A stretch of 32,000 nucleotides of DNA from Candidatus Calditenuaceae archaeon (GTDB lineage Archaea > Thermoproteota > Nitrososphaeria_A > Caldarchaeales > Calditenuaceae). The stretch spans positions 45,467-77,466 of the forward strand of contig JANXEU010000005.1 of NCBI GenBank assembly GCA_025058055.1. The letters run 5' to 3'. Below the pieces are notes generated by a model. The model searched no databases. It saw only the letters and a program-made list of their open reading frames with translations, and had not been told where the DNA came from. Shown here one piece after another: positions 1 to 9,099 of this stretch. Position 1 is the stretch's first letter, and each line of letters starts with the position of its first letter. The position numbers were made by a program, and so were the translations under genes.

Positions 1-660
1 TAAGAGTATTGTTACGGCCACACCGTCTGAGAAGTTCATCGAATAGTACACGACTATCGCGAGCAGGGCGATCGAGCCGACAGCCGACATGAGCAGGTTT
101 CCGTAGAGTGACTCAGACTTCAACCCCAACCTCTGATGCGCGAAGAGCAACAACGACGTCAGAGAGATCGCCATCATGGGTACGAAGGGCCCCATGATCG
201 AAGGGTCCAGCGACCCCTGTCCCCCTGTCTGCCCCCTCAAAAGCGATGATACGAGCACGTAAAGAAGAGCTCTCGGGTTGCCCTCGGCGAGCTGCATGCC
301 GAACAGGCCCACCATGCTGACCACAATTGAGGACAAGTACGAACCCACGAGCCCCGAGATCGTACGCGCTTGTAGTGCAGACGACAACACGAGCATCGGT
401 AAGGAGATCACGTATCCTCCGGCGAGGTCCAAAAGGAGTAGATCCCTCGAGGTCACGAGGTCATAGACAGCGTACATCGCCGGGACATAGATCACCGTCA
501 GCGTAAGCCACTGATACCTCGGTGGAAGCAGCGTTGTCGAGAGAGACACGAAACCAAGCACCGATATGAGGGTCCATTCGACCGATGTTACTGTAACGAC
601 GAACATGTAAATTGAAGGTAAGAGGGCCAGCAGCCCGAAGAGGCGCGCCTCAATCTTCAC
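1..660 (-). CDS. Polytopic membrane protein, N-terminal 220 codons only (continues past the window start); last gene of the MoxR/DUF58 operon
   Basis: This ORF is not in the supplied track because it has no stop in the window. My own minus-strand translation from GTG 660 (alternative ATG 606) is open down to position 1: MKIEARLFGLLALLPSIYMFVVTVTSVEWTLISVLGFVSL... It contains several hydrophobic helices. The GTG overlaps the DUF58 stop codon region by 11 nt. Confidence 0.55.
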   Translation of the reverse strand, partial: MKIEARLFGLLALLPSIYMFVVTVTSVEWTLISVLGFVSLSTTLLPPRYQWLTLTVIYVPAMYAVYDLVTSRDLLLLDLAGGYVISLPMLVLSSALQARTISGLVGSYLSSIVVSMVGLFGMQLAEGNPRALLYVLVSSLLRGQTGGQGSLDPSIMGPFVPMMAISLTSLLLFAHQRLGLKSESLYGNLLMSAVGSIALLAIVVYYSMNFSDGVAVTILL

Positions 661-1909
661 GGGTCACCGACCTGGTCGCAACTCTGAAGCTCGGCACCCC
701 CTCAAGCTCCTCGATGTTACACTCCTCCGGGAAAGAGGCGAGGTCACGCTCCTTGATTGACTTCAGACGGTTCCTGACAAGTTCCATAGCCGGACCTAAG
801 TAAGACTCCAAGCGTGGATAGATGATCAAGACTCTACACCCCATAGAGGTTGCGGCCCTTGCAACTTCAGAGAGCTCGCCGATTTGGGCAGACGCGAACG
901 AAGTCGCCAGTATCAGGAGAGTTCCGCCAGTTAGAGACTCCACTACCTCAGAAGCGTACCTGCTACTCGTCACCTCAGAGACCTCAAGGGCCCTCAGGAA
1001 AGCTTCAACCTCTGACCCTGACCTCGGTTTCAACGATAACAGGCCGTCTCCCGTCACGGCGAAGACCCTCAACGCGTTTCCCTGCTCTACGAATTGAGAG
1101 AACAGAGGCTCTAAGAAGGCTAGGACATCGTCGAAATAATCGGGCGAGGTGCCGAACCTCATCTCTGGAGAACAATCAATCACAGCCACTACATTGCCTC
1201 TCGCGAGCCTCTCGAACTTCTTCACGAGCACTTCGTTATCGGTGAGAGTTGCGGTCTTCCTCCAGTGAACGCTGCGCAGCTTGTCTCCTGGCAGAAAGGG
1301 CCTCACGCCCGAGAAGTGCACGTCCTCTCCGATGAAGGGATTGGTGACCGTTCCGAACGCTGGACCCAAGAGCACTCCGGAGGTCTCCAAGTCGGTGGAC
1401 CTAGCTCTTTCCCTCGAGAGCCTGATCTCTCCCGCGCAGGGTACGTAGACGGTCTTCACGACTAGCTCCCAAGGATCCGAAAGCGTGCAGGCAACTTCCT
1501 TGAACCTCACGGCCCTCATGCCTCGCCAGAGGGAAGCTTTGTAGGACAGGTCGAACGCTCCCCTACCCTTTACGACGGACTTCACGTGGCTCGTGCCCTC
1601 GATCAGCCTGAGGCCTAGTGGGAGAACATCGCGAACTTCAACACGACCTTCCCAATCCAACTCCACGCGAACTCTGATCTCTGCAGGCGACCCTTCAGGC
1701 AATTCCTCTGCGGACAGCCACCTGTGTACGTCTATTGAAGACCCATTGAGAGACGAGAACCTCCTTACAGTTAGAATGATGTAGATTGAAAAGAAGAACA
1801 CTAGAAAAGTGGTGGAGATGAACATAGTTGGATTCGGGAACACCGCTCCGAAGAGAAACGACGATACCGCCGTCTCTATCAGTAGAATCTTTGCGCGTGT
1901 AGAAATCAT
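650..1909 (-). CDS. DUF58 family protein (VWA-like, MoxR-associated) with two N-terminal TM helices
   Basis: The VHWRKTA motif is typical of DUF58. VVAVIDCSPEM is a degenerate MIDAS-like DxSxS segment. The N-terminus is hydrophobic. The start overlaps the MoxR stop as ATGA (1906-1909). Confidence 0.8.
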   Translation of the reverse strand: MISTRAKILLIETAVSSFLFGAVFPNPTMFISTTFLVFFFSIYIILTVRRFSSLNGSSIDVHRWLSAEELPEGSPAEIRVRVELDWEGRVEVRDVLPLGLRLIEGTSHVKSVVKGRGAFDLSYKASLWRGMRAVRFKEVACTLSDPWELVVKTVYVPCAGEIRLSRERARSTDLETSGVLLGPAFGTVTNPFIGEDVHFSGVRPFLPGDKLRSVHWRKTATLTDNEVLVKKFERLARGNVVAVIDCSPEMRFGTSPDYFDDVLAFLEPLFSQFVEQGNALRVFAVTGDGLLSLKPRSGSEVEAFLRALEVSEVTSSRYASEVVESLTGGTLLILATSFASAQIGELSEVARAATSMGCRVLIIYPRLESYLGPAMELVRNRLKSIKERDLASFPEECNIEELEGVPSFRVATRSVTRED

Positions 1910-2892
1910 ATGGGAACATCCACCTCCTCCAGCGTTCTCCGGATCAATTCGAACTCTGACCAGGACGTGAAGGGCCCTTTCCTCCTAGACCTCAGAATGA
2001 CTCTGTGGTTTAGAACGAGCGGCGCGACAGACTTCACGTGATCCGGTGTGACGTAGGGACAGCCTGAGATGGCTGCCTTTGCCTTCGCGGCGTACATCAG
2101 CGCCACCTCCGCCCTAGTGCTGGCACCGAGATAGACCTCGGGCATCTGGCGCGTCTTTCTCACGATATCTACTATGTACTCCATGATTGAGTCATCGACC
2201 CTTATGGAGGATATCGCGGTGATCCCTCTCAGTACCAATTCTTCCTCGACGACTGGTCTGAGGTCTGGTTCCTCCCCCGAGAGCTGCTTCATTTTGAGCA
2301 CCTCGATCTCTTGATCACGCTCGGGATGGGTGACGATTACACGCACGAGGAAACGGTCAAGCTGAGCTTCCGGCAACGGGAAGGTCCCCTCCAGTTCGAT
2401 CGGGTTTTGAGTCGCGATGACCATGAAAGGCCTAGGTACCTCGTAGCTCACTCCCTCTACCGTGACTTGGCGCTCCTGCATAACCTCGAGAAGTGCGGAT
2501 TGAGTCCGCGGAGGGCCTCTGTTGATCTCGTCGGCCAGAACGATGTTCGCAAATATGGGTCCCTTCCTGAAGACGAACTGCCCCGTAGCCCTGTCGTATA
2601 CAAGGGAACCTGTTATGTCAGATGGCAGTAGGTCGCTGGTGATCTGAATCCTGCTGAAGCTGAGGTTGAGGGTCCTGGCGAAGTACTTGGCCAAGTACGT
2701 CTTCGCGAGTCCTGGGACGCCTTCCATAAGCACGTGCCCCTCTGTCAGAAGGGCGATGATGAGGGCCTCAATCGCGTCGTCCATGCCGACGATGACTTTA
2801 TGGATCTCGGTCACTACTTTCTGGACCACGTTCTTCAGCTCGTTGAGACTCAGCAGGTCTATACTCTCCTCATCGCCCACCGGAGGAACCAC
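1906..2892 (-). CDS. MoxR-family AAA+ ATPase
   Basis: Walker A is GVPGLAKT and Walker B is LADEINR. The 328-aa length and overall pattern are typical of MoxR. The start is GTG. Confidence 0.9.
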   Translation of the reverse strand: MVPPVGDEESIDLLSLNELKNVVQKVVTEIHKVIVGMDDAIEALIIALLTEGHVLMEGVPGLAKTYLAKYFARTLNLSFSRIQITSDLLPSDITGSLVYDRATGQFVFRKGPIFANIVLADEINRGPPRTQSALLEVMQERQVTVEGVSYEVPRPFMVIATQNPIELEGTFPLPEAQLDRFLVRVIVTHPERDQEIEVLKMKQLSGEEPDLRPVVEEELVLRGITAISSIRVDDSIMEYIVDIVRKTRQMPEVYLGASTRAEVALMYAAKAKAAISGCPYVTPDHVKSVAPLVLNHRVILRSRRKGPFTSWSEFELIRRTLEEVDVPI

Positions 2893-3197
2893 CTCTTTCC
2901 CATTGGAAAGAGGGAAACCACTGTCACGTAGAGCCTCATCACTCCCACGGACCTTTCACGTCCTTCGCCCGAACCAGCACTCGGCTCCGCGACCAGCCAC
3001 TCGACGTCCTTAGCGTCAATGGACTCCTCCTCTCCCAAAGCGTAACGGAGGGCCCTGGACACTCGATGAACGGGTAGCGCACGAGCACGGGGCTTAGGCG
3101 ACTTGGGTCTGATCAGAAGCAACAATATCAGAGACGCGGCAAGGAAAAGGATAGGAAGGTAAGGGCCGCCCGGGAGTTCCGCGACCGTTCCCCTCAT
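2859..3197 (-). CDS. Small membrane-anchored hypothetical protein
   Basis: It has one clear TM helix (PYLPILFLAASLILLLLI) followed by a basic stretch. Its ATG overlaps the stop of the upstream MoaD-like gene as ATGA, and its 3' end overlaps the MoxR start by 34 nt. I recognised no family. Confidence 0.35.
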   Translation of the reverse strand: MRGTVAELPGGPYLPILFLAASLILLLLIRPKSPKPRARALPVHRVSRALRYALGEEESIDAKDVEWLVAEPSAGSGEGRERSVGVMRLYVTVVSLFPMGKRWFLRWAMRRV

Positions 3198-3517
3198 CTA
3201 TCGATCATCTCTGTGAGGTACATTTTAGCGCTTGCCCACCGTAACGAGGAGGAACCTCCGTGTATCATCGGGACGATCGAGACTACGTCCTCGTCTCTCA
3301 CGGTAACCCTGTAATTATAAACCGTCCTAGCGTCAATACCGTTCACCAGTACTAAGAGCCCGGACCTGATGGAGCCGTATTCGTCCAACACGAGTTCCCT
3401 GATGCCCTCTGGGAGAAGCTTCAGAGCCTCCTTCAGAGGGACTTCTCCTTCAACCTTGACCTCTACCGTTCCTGAACCTGCGGCCCGTCTCAGGTGGCTG
3501 AACAGCTCTATCCTCAT
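3194..3517 (-). CDS. MoaD/ThiS-family ubiquitin-fold (beta-grasp) small protein with a C-terminal extension after the GG
   Basis: The pattern is MoaD-like: MRIELFSHLRRAAG...VEV...LLVLVNG...DEDVVSIVPMIHGG. The diglycine is followed by SSSLRWASAKMYLTEMIDR before the stop. Confidence 0.7.
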   Translation of the reverse strand: MRIELFSHLRRAAGSGTVEVKVEGEVPLKEALKLLPEGIRELVLDEYGSIRSGLLVLVNGIDARTVYNYRVTVRDEDVVSIVPMIHGGSSSLRWASAKMYLTEMIDR

Positions 3518-3539
3518 CCTAGCACCATAAGCCCTCTCG

Positions 3540-3548
3540 AATATTAAA
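3540..3548 (-). promoter_or_regulatory. TATA-like box (minus strand TTTAATATT) about 22 nt upstream of the ATG at 3517
   Basis: This is the only AT-rich element in the 83-nt gap between the dnaG stop and the MoaD-like start. The spacing fits a leaderless archaeal promoter. Confidence 0.35.
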
Positions 3549-3600
3549 CGTGTAATTCGATCTCTGAAAGAGTCACGCGTTCATCTCGTAGAGACGAAGG

Positions 3601-4767
3601 TCACGCTGCTCTCCTCACCGACTCGAAGTTGTAGACTCTTACGTTGCCCGCTTTCTGGAGGTTATCAGCGACCCTCGCTCCGACAATCAGCACCTCGCGC
3701 CCCTTTTCCTTCAACATGTCCACGAGCCTCTGAGTCACTACGCCGTCGAAGACTACGTACTTGACCTGACCGTCAGCTGAGAGCCTCTGGTAGAGTTCGC
3801 TTACGGGCACCCTGAAGACCTCTGAGAGCTCGTCCGAAAGTCCGACGGCCATCAGACTACCCTCTACCTCTTCGATGTATTTCTTCAGCCTTTCAAGCGG
3901 TGCAGGCGCATGCTCGCCCCTCTCAGCTTCCACATGGGCACCGATTCTCCTCAAAGCGTCAGCGAGCGGTGTCGTGTTGGCGAGGGCCTCAGCGATCTCC
4001 TTCGCTCCCAGCGACTCCACTTCCTTTCCAGGTGGCGCCCTCGCAACCGAGTCGATCTTTATCCTTCTGGCCAGCTCTCTCAAGATCATGTCGCCTCCCC
4101 TATCACCGTCGAGGAACGCAATCACCTTCTTTCTGCTGACTAGCTCCTCAAGAGAATAAGGCACTTTGACTCCCTCAACGCCTATCGCGTTCAGATAACC
4201 GTGTCTCAGTAGGTTGACGACGTCAGCCCTACCCTCAACGATGATCACCTCCTCGCTGGTAAGGGCCTCTGGTCCAGCGGGCAGGTTGTCAGGGCCGACC
4301 TCGACTACTCGAGCCTTAGCGATGGTCTCCTCGAGCTCCTTAAGTGCCTCGTCAACCTCTGGGACTCTCCTTCTCTCCCACTCGATCAACAGGGACCTAG
4401 CTCTCTCGACGATCCTCTTCCTCTTCTCGGCCCTGACGTCCTCAATCTTCTCGATCGAGACCCTCGCAGAATACGGGCCAACGCGATCGACGCTCTCGAC
4501 CATGGCCGCTATCAACGCGGTGTGAAACCTGTCGACGTTGGTGGGCACGAGGACCTTCCCGACGGTACGGTCGCCCTGTCCTTGAATGTGGACCTCGATC
4601 CTTCCAATCCTCCCGGTCTTCTGGAGCTCCCTGAGGTCTAGATCGGCGCTGAAGATGCCCTCGGTCTGACCGAATACCGCTCCTATTACGTCGTTCTTGT
4701 CAACTGCTCCGTCGACTTCCACCCTAGCCTCAATCACGTACTTCACTGAAGTCTGTTGTGAGGTCAA
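3601..4767 (-). CDS. dnaG: Archaeal DnaG primase-like protein (Toprim domain)
   Basis: The Toprim signature is IIVEGRADVVNLL...FLDGDRGGDMI. The N-terminal domain pattern KYVIEARVEVDGAVDKNDVIGAVFGQTEG is typical of archaeal DnaG. Confidence 0.85.
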   Translation of the reverse strand: MTSQQTSVKYVIEARVEVDGAVDKNDVIGAVFGQTEGIFSADLDLRELQKTGRIGRIEVHIQGQGDRTVGKVLVPTNVDRFHTALIAAMVESVDRVGPYSARVSIEKIEDVRAEKRKRIVERARSLLIEWERRRVPEVDEALKELEETIAKARVVEVGPDNLPAGPEALTSEEVIIVEGRADVVNLLRHGYLNAIGVEGVKVPYSLEELVSRKKVIAFLDGDRGGDMILRELARRIKIDSVARAPPGKEVESLGAKEIAEALANTTPLADALRRIGAHVEAERGEHAPAPLERLKKYIEEVEGSLMAVGLSDELSEVFRVPVSELYQRLSADGQVKYVVFDGVVTQRLVDMLKEKGREVLIVGARVADNLQKAGNVRVYNFESVRRAA

Positions 4768-4878
4768 CCTTCAACCCTATCCCCACTGCGCTCTGTTCAT
4801 TTTTAAGGTTGCATAATACCTCAGCATCTTTTCCTTCTTGGGAACGGTTTTTAACGACCTAGGGCCGAGGGGAGGGAG

Positions 4879-5337
4879 ATGGTGGCCCGACAGAAGGAGA
4901 CCAAGTTGATTGTCAGGTTGTTGGGGACTGACCTAGACGGCACGCGGCACGTACCCTTCGCCCTAGCGGAGATTGACGGCGTCGGCGTGAACTTCGGGTA
5001 CGCTCTAACGAGGGCCCTCGGCATCGACCCCACGATGAGACTGGGTCAGCTCACCGAGCAGCAGCTCGCCCAGATCGAGGACGCGATAAAGAACCCTGCG
5101 AAGCACGGCATACCGGTTTGGATGTTCAACAGGAGAAGCGATCCCGTAACGGGCAAGAACCTTCACCTTCAAGGCCCTGACCTGAACCTGACGATCAGGG
5201 AGGACATTGAGAGGGAGAAGAAGATCAGATCGTGGAGGGGTGTGAGGCATTCGTTAGGTCTTAAGGTGAGGGGTCAGAGGACTCGGACAACTGGAAGGAA
5301 GGGAGGGCCGATCGGGGTCGCGAAGAAGACGAAGTAA
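4879..5337 (+). CDS. rps13: 30S ribosomal protein uS13
   Basis: The sequence IVRLLGTDLDGTRHVPFALAEIDGVG...SWRGVRHSLGLKVRGQRTRTTGR matches uS13. A purine-rich GGAGGGAG sits directly upstream of the ATG. Confidence 0.9.
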   Translation: MVARQKETKLIVRLLGTDLDGTRHVPFALAEIDGVGVNFGYALTRALGIDPTMRLGQLTEQQLAQIEDAIKNPAKHGIPVWMFNRRSDPVTGKNLHLQGPDLNLTIREDIEREKKIRSWRGVRHSLGLKVRGQRTRTTGRKGGPIGVAKKTK

Positions 5338-5341
5338 CTTC

Positions 5342-6469
5342 TCAGGTGAGAGCTCGTCTCGCCAAATCTGCACCCTTCACCAGACTTCGCTCCTTCTCGA
5401 ACGCCACCTCCCATCTCCTAGTTCTGAAGCCGCAATCGCTGCAGGCTATCACTTTCGTCGGATCGTCCATCATTTTCGCTGAGTAGAGAAGCCTGTCTCT
5501 CACCAACTCAGGAGGCTCCACGAAGTCCGTGTGAACGTCGATCACGCCCGGCGCGACCTTGAACTGAACTCCGTGGTCTCTGAACTGCCTTAGGACGGAG
5601 TAACTCCTTCTCGACCGCGCGTCAACTCCTAGGTCAGCCGTGTCTCTATTCGCGCACTCAATAGAGAGCTCGTGTATCTTCATCTCGGTCACGTGGGGGA
5701 GGAGAAGTGAGTAGTCACTGTAACAGATATGTAAAGTCCATGTAACGTTAAGCCCTTTGACCATCTCGTTGAAGGCCTCGACGTAATCTCTCACCTCATC
5801 AGGCTTTGAGGTCAATGCTGGTTCGTCGATCTGGATTCGCGTCGCACCGGCCTCGACCAGTGTCCTGAGCTCAGGCTTCATAACGTTCTCGACCAAAGCG
5901 TAGAGTAAGTCTAGTCTGGACCTCCTTCTCCTCTCTAACGGGTCATCGAGGTGAGCATAGCGCTTCGCGAAGAACTCATCGAAGCTCCAGTCCATTATGG
6001 TATAGGGCCCCGTGACGGGTACCTTCAGCTCCCTTCTGGCCTTTGACTTGGCGAAGAGGAACTCCTTGAGGTAAGCGCTGTGCTTGAGCCTCGGGATCCC
6101 GATTACCTTCGCCTTGTTGTAGGTCTCCGCGTCCCAGACCTTCACTCTCCCCACGAACTCGAAGTTCTCTACTGTCCTCAGAGGATACTCGTACATCTCT
6201 ACTCGCCCCTGCTCACCGTCCCAAACGACGTCGAGGCCAACCGCTTCGTGAAACCTTATTCCGTACAGGGATGCCCACGGCAGCAACTCGGCCTGCGATG
6301 CGCCGTTTCGTATCAATCTCACCAAATCGTCGAAGCCTTCTACACCCAACTTCAACCCCCAATAACGAGCTTGGACGGCCCTCTCCTCGGGATTGTCGCC
6401 TTTGAGGAAAGGTGCCCTCGAGAGGCTCCCGACTTCCTGAGTCCTGAGCAACCCGTCACCAGCCCCCAT
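5342..6469 (-). CDS. metE: Cobalamin-independent methionine synthase, catalytic (MetE C-terminal-like) domain protein
   Basis: Zinc-ligand motifs are HICYSDY and CSDCGF. The overall pattern is Meth_synt_2-like. I prefer the ATG at 6469, which overlaps the upstream stop as TGATG, over the track start at 6502. Confidence 0.75.
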   Translation of the reverse strand: MGAGDGLLRTQEVGSLSRAPFLKGDNPEERAVQARYWGLKLGVEGFDDLVRLIRNGASQAELLPWASLYGIRFHEAVGLDVVWDGEQGRVEMYEYPLRTVENFEFVGRVKVWDAETYNKAKVIGIPRLKHSAYLKEFLFAKSKARRELKVPVTGPYTIMDWSFDEFFAKRYAHLDDPLERRRRSRLDLLYALVENVMKPELRTLVEAGATRIQIDEPALTSKPDEVRDYVEAFNEMVKGLNVTWTLHICYSDYSLLLPHVTEMKIHELSIECANRDTADLGVDARSRRSYSVLRQFRDHGVQFKVAPGVIDVHTDFVEPPELVRDRLLYSAKMMDDPTKVIACSDCGFRTRRWEVAFEKERSLVKGADLARRALT

Positions 6470-7434
6470 CACGCCAAGACCCCCTTCAAATGCTCTGCGC
6501 ACTTCAGTAGCGAACTCACTTTCTCTTTCGCCACCTCCATGGGCAGATAGTCAAGGTCGGTGTTCGTTGTCAGGTGAACCCTCTTTGCGCCGGTTGCGTC
6601 AAGGACTTTCCCGACTAGAGATGCATGCTCAACTGGGTCCTCAACTATGACGCTCCTCGAATCGATTATCCCGAGTGCCAACTCACGGTCGACGCTCAGG
6701 CCCCTCAGAGCCGAGACAGGTGTTGCGTGGAGGTCTATTCCTAGTACGTCAGCGCCGGTGTCCAACAAAGATCTGAGAGCTTTCGCTGCGGAAAAGAAAA
6801 AAGTGTGTAGCTGAAGTGGGCACCCGAGCCGCCTCTTGAACAACCTCACGACTTCGCGGACCAATGAGAGCTCGTCCTCGCTCATGCCCCTCGCCATCTC
6901 TGGAGCCGTCAACTGAACTAGCTCAACCTTCAATCCCCACTTAGAGATCAACCTTGAGGCCTCTACCGAGATGACTTCTGCTAGGTCCATCACGAGCTCT
7001 GAGACATCCGAATACGCGTCGTTGAGGGACAGCCTTTGCATTGTCAAAGGATCAGGAAGAATAAGTTTGACTCTACTTCCCGAGAGAACTGAGGGGAAGA
7101 GATAACGATCTAAAAACGGACCTTCTAGTTCGAGTCTCCCTTTAATCAACGGGACTTTGTAGAACATGTTGTTATCATACCAGCGTGATAATCCATTGAC
7201 ACTTAAGCCCTTAACGTTCTCCGCAAACGGTCTGAAGAGGTCATGCCACAGGAGCATCGGATCCGTGATGAGGGTCATCCCTCTCCCTGCGATCCTAACC
7301 CACTCTATGGTCTCCCGCTCTGCGACTGCTCTCAATTCGTTCCATTCAGTTTTGCCTCTGAAATGCTTTCGAATCAATCTGAACAGCTCCTCGCTCCTTG
7401 GCAAATTGCCGGACAGATGTACCTCGACGACCAC
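6469..7434 (-). CDS. MetE N-terminal-domain-like protein (the non-catalytic half of a split MetE)
   Basis: It is a TIM-barrel-like sequence without zinc ligands. It lies immediately upstream of, and is translationally coupled to, the catalytic half. Split MetE is known in Crenarchaeota. Confidence 0.6.
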   Translation of the reverse strand: MVVEVHLSGNLPRSEELFRLIRKHFRGKTEWNELRAVAERETIEWVRIAGRGMTLITDPMLLWHDLFRPFAENVKGLSVNGLSRWYDNNMFYKVPLIKGRLELEGPFLDRYLFPSVLSGSRVKLILPDPLTMQRLSLNDAYSDVSELVMDLAEVISVEASRLISKWGLKVELVQLTAPEMARGMSEDELSLVREVVRLFKRRLGCPLQLHTFFFSAAKALRSLLDTGADVLGIDLHATPVSALRGLSVDRELALGIIDSRSVIVEDPVEHASLVGKVLDATGAKRVHLTTNTDLDYLPMEVAKEKVSSLLKCAEHLKGVLA

Positions 7435-7555
7435 CCTTTAACGCACCGCTCTAACTGAGGGGCCCTCCATTAAAAGCCGTGCCTGACGTCTGGGGGCTGA
7501 AATCGGCAGAATTTTAAGCGGTTTGACCGGTCTACGAACACTACATTAAAAACTC

Positions 7556-7801
7556 ATGATAAAGGTGAATGAGTGGCCCTTGATATTCCCGATTAGGTGC
7601 TTCAGCTGCGGTAAACCTCTCGCCCACTTATGGGAGAAGTACAGGTCTGAGGTAGCGTCTGGAAGGCTGCCCGGTGAGGTCCTTAACGAGCTGAACGTCA
7701 GGAGGTACTGCTGCAGGAGGATGTTCCTAACCCATGTCGAGTACATCGATGAGCTGATAGCGTACGAGATTCAGTCCAGACAGAAACCAATCCGCAGGTG
7801 A
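7556..7801 (+). CDS. rpoN: DNA-directed RNA polymerase subunit N (Rpo10/Rpb10)
   Basis: The zinc-bundle signature is IFPIRCFSCGK...RRYCCRRMFLTHV. The true start may be the TTG at 7580, giving MIFPIRCFSCGK. Confidence 0.9.
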   Translation: MIKVNEWPLIFPIRCFSCGKPLAHLWEKYRSEVASGRLPGEVLNELNVRRYCCRRMFLTHVEYIDELIAYEIQSRQKPIRR

Positions 7802-7842
7802 GCTGGAGGCAGGGTTAAATCACGACCGGACATTCGCAGGTC

Positions 7843-9099
7843 ATGTCACCCGGCAAGAGATTGGAGCGGATAGCTGCGAGAGTAGTCTTCGACAGCAGGG
7901 GTGACAAGACCGTTGAGGTCGAGGTTACGGTGGAAGGCTACACGTCAAGGGTGTCGGCCCCCTCCGGCAAGAGCCGAGGGAAGAGAGAGGTCGTCCCATT
8001 TCCCGAGGGAGGCCCAGAGGCCGCCGCGAGGGTCGCGAGAGAGCGGGTCAGCAGGCTTACTGGGACAGAGCTCGAAAGTTTACTGGCTCTTGACCGAAGG
8101 CTCATCGAGATGGACGGCACTCCGAACTTCTCTCACATCGGCGGCAACACTTCAATCGCCCTCTCGGTCGCATGTGCTTCCGCCTACGCGGCCTCCGAAG
8201 GCAAGCAGCTCTACGCTGCGCTCGCACAGCTTACAGGCCAAGACCCTGCTCTACCTCTTCCGCTCTCGAACGTTCTGGGAGGCGGTGCGCACGCCGCCCC
8301 TGGCGCGCCAGAGATACAAGAGTTCCTGATCATACCTCTCGGCGCTAGGACGATCAAGCAGGCCGTTGAGGCGAACGTCGCTGCCTATCGGAAGCTCGGC
8401 AAGCTCCTTCAAAGAGAGCTTCCCGGATTCCCGCTAGGTAAGGGAGATGAGGGGGGATACGCGCCGCCTATCGGCAATAGAAAGGCCTTGGAACTCGTGA
8501 GGGCCGCAGCGGACGAGGTTTACGACGAGACCGGAGTCGAGATGGGTGTCGGCATCGATGTGGCTGGAAGCAACATCTACGACCCAAATTCGAACAGATA
8601 CGCCCTCAGGTCCGAGGGACTCTACCTCACCGGTCGCGAGTTCAAGGAGTACTTGGCCGATCTCACGGACGAGTTCAGGTTGGTCTACATAGAGGACCCC
8701 TTCTCAGAGGACTCTCCACAGCTCTACGCCGACCTTCAACGCGACCTGAAGTCGGTTCTTGTATGCGGAGACGACCTTGTAGTCACTAGGGCCGAGCTGA
8801 TAGAAGAGGAGGTAAGGAGAGGAGCGATCAGGGCTGCCATCATAAAGCCGAACCAAGTTGGCACGGTTTCGTTGACGGTTGACGCCGTCGCGGCCTGCAT
8901 TGTCAACAGTGCAGTGGCGGTCGCATCCCATAGGTCTGGTGAGACGACGGATGCCTACATCTCGCAGATCGCAGTCGGCCTGGGGTGCAAAGTTATAAAA
9001 TGCGGCCTGATCGGAGGAGAAAGGGTGGCGAAGCTGAACGAGCTGCTGAGGATCGGGGAGGAGATCGGTGAGGGCAGGATGAGGAGGTTGCTGATTTGA
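7843..9099 (+). CDS. eno: Enolase (phosphopyruvate hydratase)
   Basis: Motifs seen are SHRSGETTD, IKPNQVGT and SRGDKTVEVEV. The length is 418 aa. Confidence 0.9.
   Translation: MSPGKRLERIAARVVFDSRGDKTVEVEVTVEGYTSRVSAPSGKSRGKREVVPFPEGGPEAAARVARERVSRLTGTELESLLALDRRLIEMDGTPNFSHIGGNTSIALSVACASAYAASEGKQLYAALAQLTGQDPALPLPLSNVLGGGAHAAPGAPEIQEFLIIPLGARTIKQAVEANVAAYRKLGKLLQRELPGFPLGKGDEGGYAPPIGNRKALELVRAAADEVYDETGVEMGVGIDVAGSNIYDPNSNRYALRSEGLYLTGREFKEYLADLTDEFRLVYIEDPFSEDSPQLYADLQRDLKSVLVCGDDLVVTRAELIEEEVRRGAIRAAIIKPNQVGTVSLTVDAVAACIVNSAVAVASHRSGETTDAYISQIAVGLGCKVIKCGLIGGERVAKLNELLRIGEEIGEGRMRRLLI

Noticed and set aside
7901-8329. A 142-aa ORF inside the enolase gene, and similar nested ORFs listed in the track.
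   Set aside because: These are alternative frames of strongly supported genes. Their R/S/P-rich composition is typical of off-frame translation of GC-rich coding DNA.
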